This document shows positions 1 to 39,552 of a stretch of 64,000 nt of DNA, in pieces. The stretch lies in assembly GCA_002269645.1 (NCBI GenBank), contig NIVC01000516.1:434001-498000 (forward strand), read 5' to 3'. The position numbers were made by a program, and so were the translations under genes. The stretch is from Macrostomum lignano. Taxonomy: Eukaryota. Numbering within the stretch: the stretch's first letter is position 1; each line of letters starts with the position of its first letter. A model generated the notes under the pieces. The model was given only the letters and a program-made list of their open reading frames with translations, had not been told where the DNA came from and did not search any database.

Positions 1-322
1 GTCACACTTTCACGCTTCCTTCTTTCTGTCACACTTTCACGCTTCCTTCTTTCACACGCCTCCTTCTTCTGTCACACTTTCACGCTTCCTTCTTTCACAC
101 GCTTCCTTCTTCTGTCACACTTTCACGCTTCCTTGTTCTGTCACACTTTCACGCTTCCTTCTTTCTGTCACACTTTCACGCTTCCTTCTTTCACACGCTT
201 CCTTCTTCTGTCACACTTTCACGCTTCCTTCTTTCTGTCACACTTTCACGCTTCCTTCTTTCACACGCTTCCTTCTTCTGTCACACGCTTCCTTCTTCTG
301 TCACACTTTCACGCTTCTTTCT
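1..322. repeat. About 27-bp minisatellite (CACGCTTCCTTCTTTCTGTCACACTTT)
   Basis: Direct tandem units visible, running off the window start. Confidence 0.9.
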
Positions 323-490
323 TGTGTCACAATTTCGCACACTATCTTTCTTGTTTTTTAGACTTATTTTTCTGCCACTTATTTATCTTTTGCTTCTGTC
401 ACCAACTCCTCCGAGCTACGCGAGTTCATCCGTCACCCGTTCGCATCGCGCTTCCTTACGCCCCCTTCATTCTCGAATCCTTCCTTGCAG

Positions 491-12206
<11,716 letters not shown>

Positions 12207-13339
12207 GTTAGTCTTGAGCTGCGATTGCTACTATACTGAGCATAGTAGTCAGTGTTGCGCATAAAACTCATAGCTATCTGTTGTTTTTTCTGTCTTACCT
12301 TACTATTAATTTATATTTTGCTTACCAGTTTGTCCTGTAAATCTGTCCCGCATCTGTGCTAATCTGATTTTAGATTTTTCGTGGAATTGTCCTTTAAAAT
12401 CTTGTAGTTTGGTTTCTTAGCCCGATTCTCTAAAAGTAATATCGATGTCTTACTAGAAATTGATTGAATAATTTACTCTAAATAATTAAATTCTAATCTA
12501 TTGTAACAGTCCCATTAACACCAAGCAAATTATTTTGCACTTAAATTTGGTTTCCCAATACTAAAATAATTATTTTATTAGATAGTAATATTCACTTGGA
12601 CACCATTGTCCATTGTCCCTGAATATTGAAAAAAAGCATAAGAAATATTTATTTCATGCTTTAATATAAAACTTTAATATATAAATATTAACATTTTGCA
12701 TATTAAAAAATGAACTCAAATAATAATAGTATAACTTTTCCCTTAAAAAACTTTCTGTTCTGCTTGTTGAAACTTTCAATTTTATCTTCAGTACGATCGA
12801 ATGTTCTTAGTTCTAAAGAAAAGCAAAAAAAACTTCATAAATGAGTTCTATTTTTAGTAATCAATTGCTTTTAATGCTTGCCTTTTTGTTTTAATGTGTT
12901 TTTCGTCAGCTTTTAAATGCATTACGGGCTCTGACTTTGCTAAGCTTTATCAATCAGTTTGGAAATTTTGATTCCAATATTTTTGTTGCTTAAAATTGCC
13001 GCAACGGCAAATCGACTGACTGCAAAATATTCTGCTTTAATTTCTGTCTTTTTGCTACGAGTATGACTATTTTCCAGACACTAACTCGTAAAGCAGGCCT
13101 AGCACTACTTGTTGTCCTTGTGAATCGAAAAACAACTAACTAATTCCAAAATCTGAATAAAATATTTCTATGCTACTTTCTCACCACGCGGACACCTCAC
13201 ACCCAATACTAAACAGCTCAGCGCTCTATGCAATATTAATCATTTTGACTAAAAAACTGATTTACTACGTCTAACACACTTTGCAGTGGTCAACAAACAC
13301 TCTGTTTTCAGTTTTGGCTTATTTTATCAACCTGTTACA

Positions 13340-13821
13340 GGTATCTCAGTAGCTCTGTAATGTCTGAGTAGCTCTGTAATGTCTGAGTAGCTCTGTAATG
13401 TCTGAGTTGCTCTGTAATGTCTGAGTAGCTCTGTAATGTCTGAGTTGCTCTGTAATGTCTGAGTAGCTCTGTAATGTCTGAGTTGCTCTGTAATGTCTGA
13501 GTAGCTCTGTGATGTCTGAGTAGCTCTGTGATGTCTGAGTAGCTCTGTGATGTCTGAGTTGCTCTGTAATGTCTGAGTAGCTCTGTAATGTCTGAGTAGC
13601 TCTGTAATGTCTGAGTAGCTCTGTGATGTCTGAGTAGCTCTGTAATGTCTGAGTAGCTCTGTAATGTCTGAGTAGCTCTGTAATGTCTGAGTAGCTTTGT
13701 GATGTCTGAGTAGCTCTGTAATGTCTGAGTAGCTTTGTGATGTCTGAGTAGCTCTGTAATGTCTGAGTAGCTCTGTAATGTCTGAGTAGCTCTGTGATGT
13801 CTGAGTAGCTCTGTGATGTCT
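13340..13821. repeat. 19-bp minisatellite (GTAATGTCTGAGTAGCTCT)
   Basis: Tandem units; ends a few bases before the LINE remnant. Confidence 0.95.
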
Positions 13822-13827
13822 AGTTCA

Positions 13828-14815
13828 GATCCATCAAAGACGGCTACGCCGGTTTTTGGGGTATGTATCATCATCAAAGGCCGCATCATTGCCACGCATG
13901 CCCAGCACACTGGCAGATTCTCAAACGATCTTCCAGAATGAAGTCTTTGCTATCAGCTCCTGCGCCGCAGCGCTGGATGCCGCGGGTACGAGAGGAAAGG
14001 CAATCGTCATCCACTCTGACAGCCAAGCGTGCCTTACAGGTCCTTTGCCACCCGTGGCTCTCCCGCCTCCGCGAGATCCGTCGCTACCAGAAGAGCACTG
14101 AGCTGATCCACAAGATGCCCTTCCAGCGCCTGGTCCGCGAGATCGCCCAGGACTTCAAGACCCACATGCGCTTCCAGAGCAGCGCCGTCCACACCCACTA
14201 CGAGCTCTCGGACAGTCGGTGACTGCGCCCGGCAGATCACCCTCCTAGCCAGTAGCAATACTGTCGGGCTGAAGTGGATCCCACGGCGCACGCAGGCTTT
14301 CCGGGGAACGAGTTGGCAGACACTAATCAAGAGGGGCAGCTCTGGCTCCTTCCTATATAGGCCCTGAGCCACTTGTCCCCATCCCTTCTACACGGTCAAT
14401 TACTGGGCTGATTCCCTTCATTGGGACAGATGGGCGGGCACCCAGAACTGCCGCGGTTCCGTGTCCAGCTCTTGCAGTTTCAGGAACATCCTTCTCAACC
14501 AAAATCGGAAGGATATTCGCGCGCCCTTGTCATGACCCTTACATGTACGAGCTACCGGTCATGGCTACCTCTCCAGACACTCCTCAAAGGCGACCTTGAG
14601 AATTAACTTTGCCCTTTTTGCGAATACGACAACGAATATGCTCAGCACTTTGTCTGAAATTGCCCTTTCTTCCGAAGACCACTGTACACAGAACAGGCGG
14701 ACCACCCTGACCGGCCCCACGCCTCTGCCTGTCTGCGGGCCTTCAGGGGCTAGCGGGATGGGCGACCCTCGCCTTCCCGCTGTGTCTACGGACCAACCTG
14801 CAGCTAAGTCAAGTT
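13828..14815 (+). mobile_element. Degenerate 3' end of an RNase H-bearing non-LTR retrotransposon (I/R1/Loa/Tad1-like)
   Basis: Frameshifted translation gives RNase H motifs (G)[43 protein letters not shown], then IGPEP, LLNQNRKDIR, TGHGYL and a C-terminal CCHC knuckle CPFC-x8-H-x4-C containing a stop codon. Confidence 0.87.
14064..14189 (+). pseudogene. H3: Histone H3 internal fragment (about residues 48-89), decayed, inside the LINE remnant
   Basis: [41 protein letters not shown] versus canonical [42 protein letters not shown]: one codon deleted, four single-base replacements, no N-tail and no C-terminal helices. Confidence 0.92.
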
Positions 14816-15615
14816 AGCACGCTTATTTCTAACTCAAAGATTAATTTCTTAGTTCAGATATGTAACTGCATGTCACTAATAAATTTTCTTTGTCCTTGTG
14901 AAATTAACTTTGGATACAAGCAAAATTTTCTGTGGAGCACTTTCGACTGACAAACGGATGCGACACGTGGTAAATGTTGAAGCTGTATTTTAAATAAATT
15001 CTTTTCTCACGCGTCTCATCGAGAATAGAAAATTAAACGTCTGGCGCTGACTGGAGAAATCGAAATAAATTTACAAGTTGGGGCCCAACAGGGAAGAAAA
15101 CAAAAACTTTAACGATGGAGCTAAAATTTATAACTAAAAGGAATTAAAAATATTTTTATTAGTCAATCGTTTCTGTCCTTCATGTATGATTAGTTTAAGC
15201 ATGTCTTCTGAATATAGGGGGTCGTAAATAAAGTGAATTATTTGTTTTATTTCTCGTATTAATGATTCTAAGTTGGAATAACGTGAAGAAATATTCAATA
15301 AAAAATTCTGCAATGAGTGACAGCGAAAATCTATGCAAAACATCTTGTTTTGGTGAGTGAGCGTTTTCTTTTGAAAATCTGACACATGGATTAATGTTAA
15401 TAATGTAAATAAAAATATGCTCTTTGCATAACTGTCTGAAAATTAATTTTAGAATAATCACAGTAATTGGTACTTTGACTTATAGCGACAGAAGGAAACT
15501 GGAACTTAAAAACTTTTTTATATTTCATCAGCAAAAAATCCAACATGAGTAAGATATTGATTAATTTAGAAGAAAATACTATTGATAGAGGAATAACAGC
15601 TGTTTTGTTACATAT

Positions 15616-16475
15616 AAATCGATAACATTCTCACCCAGTTAAACGACGACTACAAAGTTATCTAGCCGGGGTTAGGAAAGGGAGTTATAGTTGACTGACC
15701 GGCAAGCCAATAAAATCGATAACATTCTCACCCAGTTAAACGACGACTACAAAGTTATCTAGCAGGGGTTAGGAATGGTAGTTGGAGTTGACTGACCGGC
15801 AAGGCAATAAAATCGATAACCTTCTCACCCAGTTAAACGACGACTACAAAGTTATCTAGCAGGGGTTAGGAATGGTAGTTGGAGTTGACTGACCGGCAAG
15901 GCAATAAAATCGATAACATTCTCACCCAGTTAAACGACGACTAGAAAGTTATCTAGCCGGGGTTAGGAAAGGGAGTTATAGTTGACTGACCGGCAAGCCA
16001 ATAAAATCGATAACATTCTCACCCAGTTAAACGACGACTACAAAGTTATCTAGCAGGGGTTAGGAATGGTAGTTGGAGTTGACTGACCGGCAAGGCAATA
16101 AAATCGATAACCTTCTCACCCAGTTAAACGACGACTACAAAGTTATCTAGCAGGGGTTAGGAATGGTAGTTGGAGTTGACTGACCGGCAAGGCAATAAAA
16201 TCGATAACCTTCTCACCCAGTTAAACGACGACTACAAAGTTATCTAGCAGGGGTTAGGAATGGTAGTTGGAGTTGACTGACCGGCAAGGCAATAAAATCG
16301 ATAACCTTCTCACCCAGTTAAACGACGACTACAAAGTTATCTAGCAGGGGTTAGGAATGGTAGTTGGAGTTGACTGACCGGCAAGGCAATAAAATCGATA
16401 ACCTTCTCACCCAGTTAAACGACGACTACAAAGTTATCTAGCTGGGGTTGGGAATGGTAGTTGGAGTTGACTGAA
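15616..16475. repeat. 97-bp tandem repeat, about 9 copies
   Basis: AAATCGATAAC at 15616, 15713, 15810 and onward; near-identical units in two variants. Confidence 0.93.
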
Positions 16476-17101
16476 AGTTGGACTGCTTGAACCTTGAATA
16501 AAGATTGTGTAACATATCTCAGAGAGGTCCATTTGTTCTGTGCCCTTTTTTGAGACCCCTACGGTTGGGCATGAATTTGAAAAACAAATAGTCACAAAAG
16601 TTCCAAAATTTAGCTAACTGCTTAAGTACATGTACATAAGCATCACACAAAGGCATTGCGAAATGATGCTAAAATATTAAAAATAACACATTATTTAAAG
16701 AGAATGTGTTATGATCGCTTCATTTTGATTACCGGTCAAATTATTTGCATAGATTGATAGTGTTAAAAGTTAAGACAAAAATGATATGATATAACAAAAA
16801 ATATCCTGCATTTTCACGGGCGGGGGACGGAGGTGCTCAGCGAAAGTGTTAATTCACAGTTTGAGTGCAGTGACTAATGTTGCAGTCGGCATCAGTGCGG
16901 GCATGTGCGTTGCCTCAGATGAAAGTACTGAACGATCCTCCCTTTCCAATTGTACTTGCGCAGACATGAAGGCCCCTGGATTTAACCAGTTCCGTGAGCT
17001 TCCTACGTGTACAGATTGAAAATAAGAACGCAAGGAAGATATCGAACTCAGAGAGAGGGAGATTCGGTGTCACGTTGTGCGCGACTATCTCTACGCGCGT
17101 A

Positions 17102-32502
<15,401 letters not shown>

Positions 32503-33214
32503 TGAGTGTCTGCGTGTCAATCTGCCGTTGTTTGACTCGGGAGTCACAGTGGCGTCAGGCAGCTTTTAGCAAGTAGTTGACAGACCGCAGCGAAGACTGG
32601 CATTTGGCTTTTTTCTTGTTTCTCGTCAGCTCAGACTCGAACTTGGCTGGCCCTGGTGTTGAAATGAACTGGCGCCAGGCGGGGGGACGAAAAAGAGGGA
32701 AGTTTTTCCCCTTGTTCGAACAGTTTTGGGCGCCGCGGGGAGAAGCGCTGTCGGGAAAAGTGGATTGCCAGGAGGGAGCGGCCGGCAGCAAGTGGCCAAA
32801 AGTGCGCTCCAGTCGGCGATGACTGGCAAACTGATTTCTTTTCGGCTCTTCCAATTTTTCAGGTTGTCGTCTTCGTTTTTGTGCGCTCTTCACTTCGCGA
32901 TTGCTGGACTAGGGGGGGGGGGGGGTTCTCGGTGCTTCTCCGCTCTCTCCCCCTCTATCTGCAAAATCCCAACCCGCCAATCCCTTCTGCTCCGCACACT
33001 TCAGGCCCGTCTCACTTTTCCAGTCGCAGTTGCCCTTCCTGCCCCTGTGTTGAGCAGCCCCAAAGCCGCAGAACGGCGGTTTCTGAGTCTCAGTGGTTGG
33101 TTGGCCTGCACTTGTAGATGTCCTCGTGCTCGTTCTAAACCGGGGCCTTTTGTATACGATTTTAAATCGACGAAAAATCGACGCAATGTGTGTGCATCTT
33201 TGAAGAGTTCTCTA

Positions 33215-34300
33215 ATCTCTAATCACAGTTCTCTAATCTCTAATAACAAATTTCTAATCACAGATCTCTAATCACAGATCTCTAATTTCTTATCACAGAT
33301 CTCTAATCACAGATCTCTAATCACAGATCTCTAATTTCTTATCACAGATCTCTAATCACAGATCTCTAATCACAGATCTCTAATTTCTTATCACAGATCT
33401 CTAATCACATATCTCTAATCACAGATCTCTAATCACAGATCTCTAATCACAGATCTCTAATCACAGATCTCTAATTTCTTATCACAGATCTCTAATCACA
33501 GATCTCTAATCACAGATCTCTAATTTCTTATCACAGATCTCTAATCACATATCTCTAATCACAGATCTCTAATCACAGATCTCTAATCACAGATCTCTAA
33601 TCACAGATCTCTAATCACAGATCTCTAATCACAGATCTCTAATCACAGATCTCTAATCACAGATCTCCAATCACAGATCTCTAATCTCTAATCACAGATC
33701 TCTAATCACAGATCTCTAATCACAGATCTCTAATCACAGATCTCCAATCACAGATCTCTAATCTCTAATCACAGATCTCTAATCACATATCTCTAATTTC
33801 TTATCACAGATCTCTAATCACATATCTCTAATTTCTAATCACAGATCTCTAATCACAGATCTCTAATTTCTTATCACAGATCTCTAATCACATATCTCTA
33901 ATCTCTAATCACAGATCTCTAATCTCTAATCACAAATTTCTAATCACAAATCTCTAATTTCTAATCACAGATCTCTAATCACATATCTCTAATCTCTAAT
34001 CACAGATCTCTAATCACAGATCTCTAATCACAGATCTCTAATCACAGATCTTTAAACAGATCTCTAATCACAGATCTCTAATCACAGATCTTTAAACAGA
34101 TCTCTAATCACAGATCTCTAATCACAGATCTTTAAACAGATCTCTAATCACAGATCTCTAATCACAGATCTTTAAACAGATCTCTAATCACAAATCTCTA
34201 ATCTTTAATCACAGATCTCTAATCACAGATCTCTAATTTCTAATCACAGATCTCTAATCTCTAATCACAGATCTCTAATCTCTAAGCAAAGATCTCTAAT
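33215..34300. repeat. 14-bp minisatellite (AATCACAGATCTCT)
   Basis: Tandem units; ends at the deleted SINE copy. Confidence 0.95.
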
Positions 34301-34306
34301 ATCTAA

Positions 34307-34435
34307 CGGGCAGATGTGCAACCGACAGCTCAGCTTGCTCAATGACATTAACTGTTCCGAGTGGATCGGGAATCGAACCCCCGACCTTTCAGTCATGAGT
34401 CCGACGCTCTCACCACTAGGCTACAACCCCTCTGA
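34307..34435 (-). mobile_element. Internally deleted copy of the same SINE
   Basis: The reverse complement reads tRNA-like head (CAGAGGGGTTGTAGCCCTAGTGG..GGTTCGATTC), then GAGCAAG joined directly to the tail CTGAGCTGTCGGTTGCACAT. Confidence 0.8.
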
Positions 34436-35050
34436 GAAAGTCAGGGCCTTTGTACACCCTACGGGAGCGTTGTGCCTGGAAGCGTATCTTTGAGCGTGAC
34501 GGCTTGCCTCCTCACTGCCCAAGGCCTGATGTGTAATTCAACAAAAAGCATTCGTATCATGTTCTTTATGCTATCACTTTTTTATTCCTTCCTTTGTTCG
34601 GTGTCGTGCCACGGCAAGATAGAGTTACTCCATTCCTTTGCTCGGCGGGCTAACTTTTTTTGGGATTTGACTACCTTGAGCATTAGTACTATCATGCTGT
34701 AGTAATTAGCAATAAAAAGCTGTTTTGCTTGATGGACTGCAACTTTGTTTCACTAAATGGTGCACATGCCGATCTCCCTCCAGCCTCCGAGGCAGGTGAC
34801 TCCCTGTAGTGATCGATTTTTGCTTGGCTCATCAGGAAAAGTGCGGCAGCTTCCCATATTGTTACAGTGCCCCAGCCGTAGGGAGAAACCCTTAAGCCTC
34901 TTCACCTTACTTTGCTTGCGTGGGCAAACAGTAAAATAATTGCTCAGGTGCGACCGTTTACCACATCGTGACAAAGTCAAAACTCTGTGGAAAGCTGGTC
35001 TGCTTGGTTTTATATGCAAATCCGTAGGCAACTGAAGCATCTGTTGAGAC

Positions 35051-36548
35051 CTAATGAACAGGCTAGCACAGTCTAATGAACAGGCTAGCACAGTCTAATG
35101 AACAGGCTAGCACAGTCTAATGAACAGGCTAGCACAGTCTAATGAACAGGCTAGCACAGTCTAATGAACAGGCTAGCACAGTCTAATGAACAGGCTAGAA
35201 CAGTCTAATGAACAGGCTCGCACAGTCTAATGAAAAGGCTAGCACAGTCTAATGAACAGGCTAGCACAGTCTAATGAACTGGCTAGCACAGTCTAATGAA
35301 CTGGTTAGCACAGTCTAATGAACAGGCTAGCACACTCTAATGAACAGGCTAGCACAGTCTAATGAACAGGCTAGCACATTCTAACGAACAGGCTAGCACA
35401 GTCTAATGAACAGGCTAGCACAGTCTAATGAACTGGCTAGCACAGTCTAATGAACAGGCTAGCACAGTCTACTTGTAATGAACTGGTTAGCACAGTCTAA
35501 TGAACAGGCTAGCACAGTCAAATGAACAGGCTAGCACAGTCTAATGAACAGGTTAGCACAGTCTAATGAACAGGCTAGAACAGTCTAATGAACAGGCTAG
35601 AACAGTCTAATGAACAGGCTAGCACAGTCTAATGAACAGGCTAGCACAGTCTAATGAACAGGCTAGCACAGTCTAATGAACAGGCTAGAACAGTCTAATG
35701 AACAGGCTCGCACAGTCTAATGAAAAGGCTAGCACAGTCTAATGAACAGGCTAGCACAGTCTAATGAACAGGCTAGCACAGTCTAATGAACAGGCTCGCA
35801 CAGTCTAATGAAAAGGCTAGCACAGTCTAATGAACAGGCTAGCACAGTCTAATGAACAGGCTAGCACAGTCTAATGAACAGGCTCGCACAGTCTAATGAA
35901 AAGGCTAGCACAGTCTAATGAACAGGCTAGCACAGTCTAATGAACAGGCTAGCACAGTCTAATGAACAGGCTAGCACAGTCTAATGAACAGGCTAGCACA
36001 GTCTAATGAACAGGCTAGCACAGTCTAATGAACAGGCTAGCACAGTCTAATGAACAGGCTAGAACAGTCTAATGAACAGGCTCGCACAGTCTAATGAAAA
36101 GGCTAGCACAGTCTAATGAACAGGCTAGCACAGTCTAATGAACTGGCTAGCACAGTCTAATGAAAAGGCTAGCACAGTCTAATGAACAGGCTAGCACACT
36201 CTAATGAACAGGCTAGCACAGTCTAATGAACAGGCTAGCACATTCTAACGAACAGGCTAGCACAGTCTAATGAACAGGCTAGCACAGTCTAATGAACAGG
36301 CTAGCACAGTCTAATGAACAGGCTAGCACAGTCTACTTGTAATGAACTGGTTAGCACAGTCTAATGAACAGGCTAGCACAGTCAAATGAACAGGCTAGCA
36401 CAGTCTAATGAACAGGCTAGCACAGTCTAATGAACAGGTTAGCACAGTCTAATGAACAGGCTAGAACAGTCTAATGAACAGGCTAGCACAGTCTAATGAA
36501 CAGGCTAGCACAGATAAATGAACAGGCTAGCACAGTCTAATGAACAGG
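35051..36548. repeat. 22-bp minisatellite (CTAATGAACAGGCTAGCACAGT)
   Basis: Period 22 (35051, 35073). Confidence 0.95.
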
Positions 36549-37104
36549 CCAGTCCGGCACACAATGGCCTTGCACTTTCACTAGACTCGTAAACAGGCAA
36601 ACTGTAATTCAGATGACGGAAATTAGCAATGGGCAGTGCGAAACGGATACGTAATTCGCTGGTTTCCAAGGGACGAGAGCTGGATTCGAGAGACGTATGG
36701 AGCGAAGGAAATTGGACCATCTCCCGCGGGAACTCGTGCCCCAGCTAGATGAGTTACACCAACGGAAGTCCTGTGAGCACTTGTAAAATAAATGCAATTG
36801 CAAGCGGCTTCTTGTGCTCAAAATAGAATAAATTAACTGGTGCACAGCTGCCAGACATCTCTTCTCGCCTTGATTTCTGTTAAATAAAAAATGCGTATTA
36901 GACTACTGTTTTTCTAAAGCGTTTGAGTAGAGTCTTCAAAAAATAATTTCAGCATTAATACAATTTAATCAACGTACGTCGTTTACAGACGGGCAAAGTC
37001 CGGTACGTGTGAGAGAAACGACTTTAGAGGATAGTTAAATTTCTACCGTGGTAGAAGCAGATTGTATTTAAAATTAATGCAAAGTTGTGAGAGGGATGTG
37101 AGAA

Positions 37105-37612
37105 ACAGTCTTGAGGAAGGAGGGGGAGAGAGGAAGGGAGAGAGGGATAGAGGAGAGAGGGGAGAGGAAGAGAGGGGAGAGGCAGAGATGGGAGAGGGAA
37201 AGAGGGAGAGGGAGAGAGAGAAGAGGGAGAGAAGAGAGACGGAGAGAGGGGAGAGAGGGCAGGAGGGCTATAGAGGTTGATAGGAAGGAGAGACAGGGAG
37301 AGTGAGAGAGGTAGAGAGGGCAGGGGGGCTATAGAGGTTGATAGGAAGGAGAGACAGGGAGAGTGAGAGAGGGGAGAGAGGGCAGGGGGGCTATAGAGGT
37401 TGATAGGAAGGAGAGACAGGGAGAGTGAGAGAGGGAGAGAGAGGGCAGGAGGGCTATAGAGGTTGATAGGAAGGAGAGACAGGGAGAGTGAGAGAGGGAG
37501 AGAGAGGGCAGGAGGGCTATAGAGGTTGATAGGAGAGGAGAGACAGGGAGAGTGAGAGAGGGCAGGAGTGCTATAGAGGTTGATAGGAGAGGAGAGACAG
37601 GGAGAGAAGTGA
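37105..37612. repeat. GA-rich tract grading into roughly 50-bp repeats (GGGCTATAGAGGTTGATAGGAAGGAGAGACAGGGAG..)
   Basis: About five copies of the longer unit at 37266-37605. Confidence 0.85.
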
Positions 37613-38449
37613 GAAGGAATATATTACAGTGGGCGAGAGCGGGCAGGCGGTGAAACAGAGAAAGAGAGACAAAGCCAGGCGGAGCGGAATCCCGGAGCGG
37701 GCGGGCAGCAAAGGTAAACAAAAGGAGCGCTGGACATGAGAATAGTTTCTATTATGATCTTTAAAAAATGCCTTAGCACGAGGCTAAGGGGCTCAGGAGC
37801 TGTATTCGGAGGAGAATAGATGGACAAAGAGATGAATGAGGGTGCTGAGCCGGCCAAATAGAGCCGCAGGCGAGCCAAGTCCTCAGTGCATGGCCAAGCT
37901 GCTGGTGGGCAGAGAGCAGGCGGTGTCTCCATGAAGGCATGAGACGCGGGCACACAAGGGGGAGTCGCTTTGATGTAATTTTCCTTTGTGCCACCCCCCC
38001 CCCCCAGGCCTGAGGGGCGCGCGTATCAGTGCATCTATATCAGACTGAACCTGACCTCCTCTGCTTCTCCTCTCCTCGACTGTTCGACCGCGTGAGAGGC
38101 GATATCACGGACTTGGGGACCCCACCCGGCCAGCCTCGCCTCCGCCCGCCCACTGATTCCCAACGGGCATCTTTCGCCAATTCGTACAGTTCCTTGTTTA
38201 TAATGAAGTCAATTACTTGACCGGATATTTTAAGACTTTGTCTTTCACTTCTCCCCAGCGACGGCATTGCATTTTATTACTGAAATATTTTAGTAGACTT
38301 TTAGAGAGTATTAAATGCTATTTTCTTGAAGGTTGTACTAGTGTATGCATGTGGGGAGTTACAGGGAAGTTCACTGGGAGTTACTAAAAGACCAAAAATT
38401 GAAAAAAGTAGTTAGGAGTATGTCAGATTTATTTGGTGTAGATTGGAGT

Positions 38450-39185
38450 AGTTTAGGGTAGTTTTGAGTAGTTTAGAGTAGTTTAGAGTAGGTTAAAGCA
38501 GGGTTGAGTAGCTAAGAGTAGGTTAAAGCTAAATTTGAGTAGTTTAGAGTAGTTTAGAGTAGTTTAGAGTAGTTTAGAGTAGTTTAGAGTAGTTTAGAGT
38601 AGTTTAGAGTAGTTTAGAGTAGTTTAGAGTAGTTTAGAGTAGTTTAGAGTAGTTTAGAGTAGTTTAGAGTAGTTTAGAGTAGTTTAGAGTAGTTTAGAGT
38701 AGTTTAGAGTAGGTTAAAGCAGGGTTGAGTAGCTAAGAGTATGTTAAAGTAAATTTGAGAAGTTTAGAGTAGGTTTGAATAGTTTTGAGTTCGGCTAAAG
38801 TAGTCTAGAGTAAGTATGAGTAGTTTAAAGTAGTTTGGGGTTGTTTAGAGTATATTGGAGTGGTTTAAAGTTATTAGAGTAGGTTGGAGTAACGTTGGAG
38901 TAGGTTGGAGTAGGTTGGAGTAGGTTGGAGTAACGTTGGAGTAGGTTGGAGTAGGTTGGAGTAAGGTTGGAGTAGGTTGGAGTAGGTTGGAGTAGGTTGG
39001 AGTAGGTTGGAGTAGGTTGGAGTAGGTTGGAGTAGGTTGGAGTAGGTTGGAGTAGGTTGGAGTAGGTTGGAGTAGGTTGGAGTAGGTTGGAGTAGGTTGG
39101 AGTAGGTTGGAGTAGGTTGGAGTAGGTTGGAGTAGGTTGGAGTAGGTTGGAGTAGGTTAGAGTAGATTGGAGTAGATTTAGATTA
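38450..39185. repeat. Two adjacent 10-bp arrays, (TTTAGAGTAG)n and (GTTGGAGTAG)n
   Basis: Direct observation. Confidence 0.95.
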
Positions 39186-39552
39186 GATCGCCTAGAAATT
39201 CCTTGTGGTTGAGGAAAAGTGGAAATGGAATGCTTTTAATACATGCGTACCGTCCCATAGGATCAAAAGATTTTTTTCCATTTTTTATCAAAATCCGTGC
39301 GGATTAAGAGTTCCTACAAAGAAGACAGCGGTCGGCAGCAGCTAGTAGCGTGATTATTGATGAGGCTTGCCAGCCTCTCTGCTTCCGCTGCTCGCAGATT
39401 GCACTCCGCCACCCGGAAAACGCGGATGTTCGAAAAAGTTGAGCTCAAAAACTGTCTTCACTAATCACTGCCGGATTGAGATGATTTAGGCATCACGTGA
39501 CCAACCAGCAGGCAGGCAGACTGGGGACATTTGATGGGCTGCGGAGTCCGGC

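Noticed and set aside
13863-14222. Functional histone H3 variant gene
   Set aside because: It lacks the N-terminal tail and the C-terminal half of the fold, has a deleted codon and is flanked by frameshifted LINE sequence.
15616-16475. Possible CRISPR-like repeat/spacer arrays (also 22880-24430 and 60873-61141)
   Set aside because: Units are contiguous and near-identical with no unique spacers, there are no cas genes, and the context is eukaryotic.
38450-39185. Telomeric or subtelomeric repeat (also CCCTAA-like words at about 52312-52340)
   Set aside because: The units are not TTAGGG/TTAGG, and the 52.3-kb instance is only a few degenerate words.
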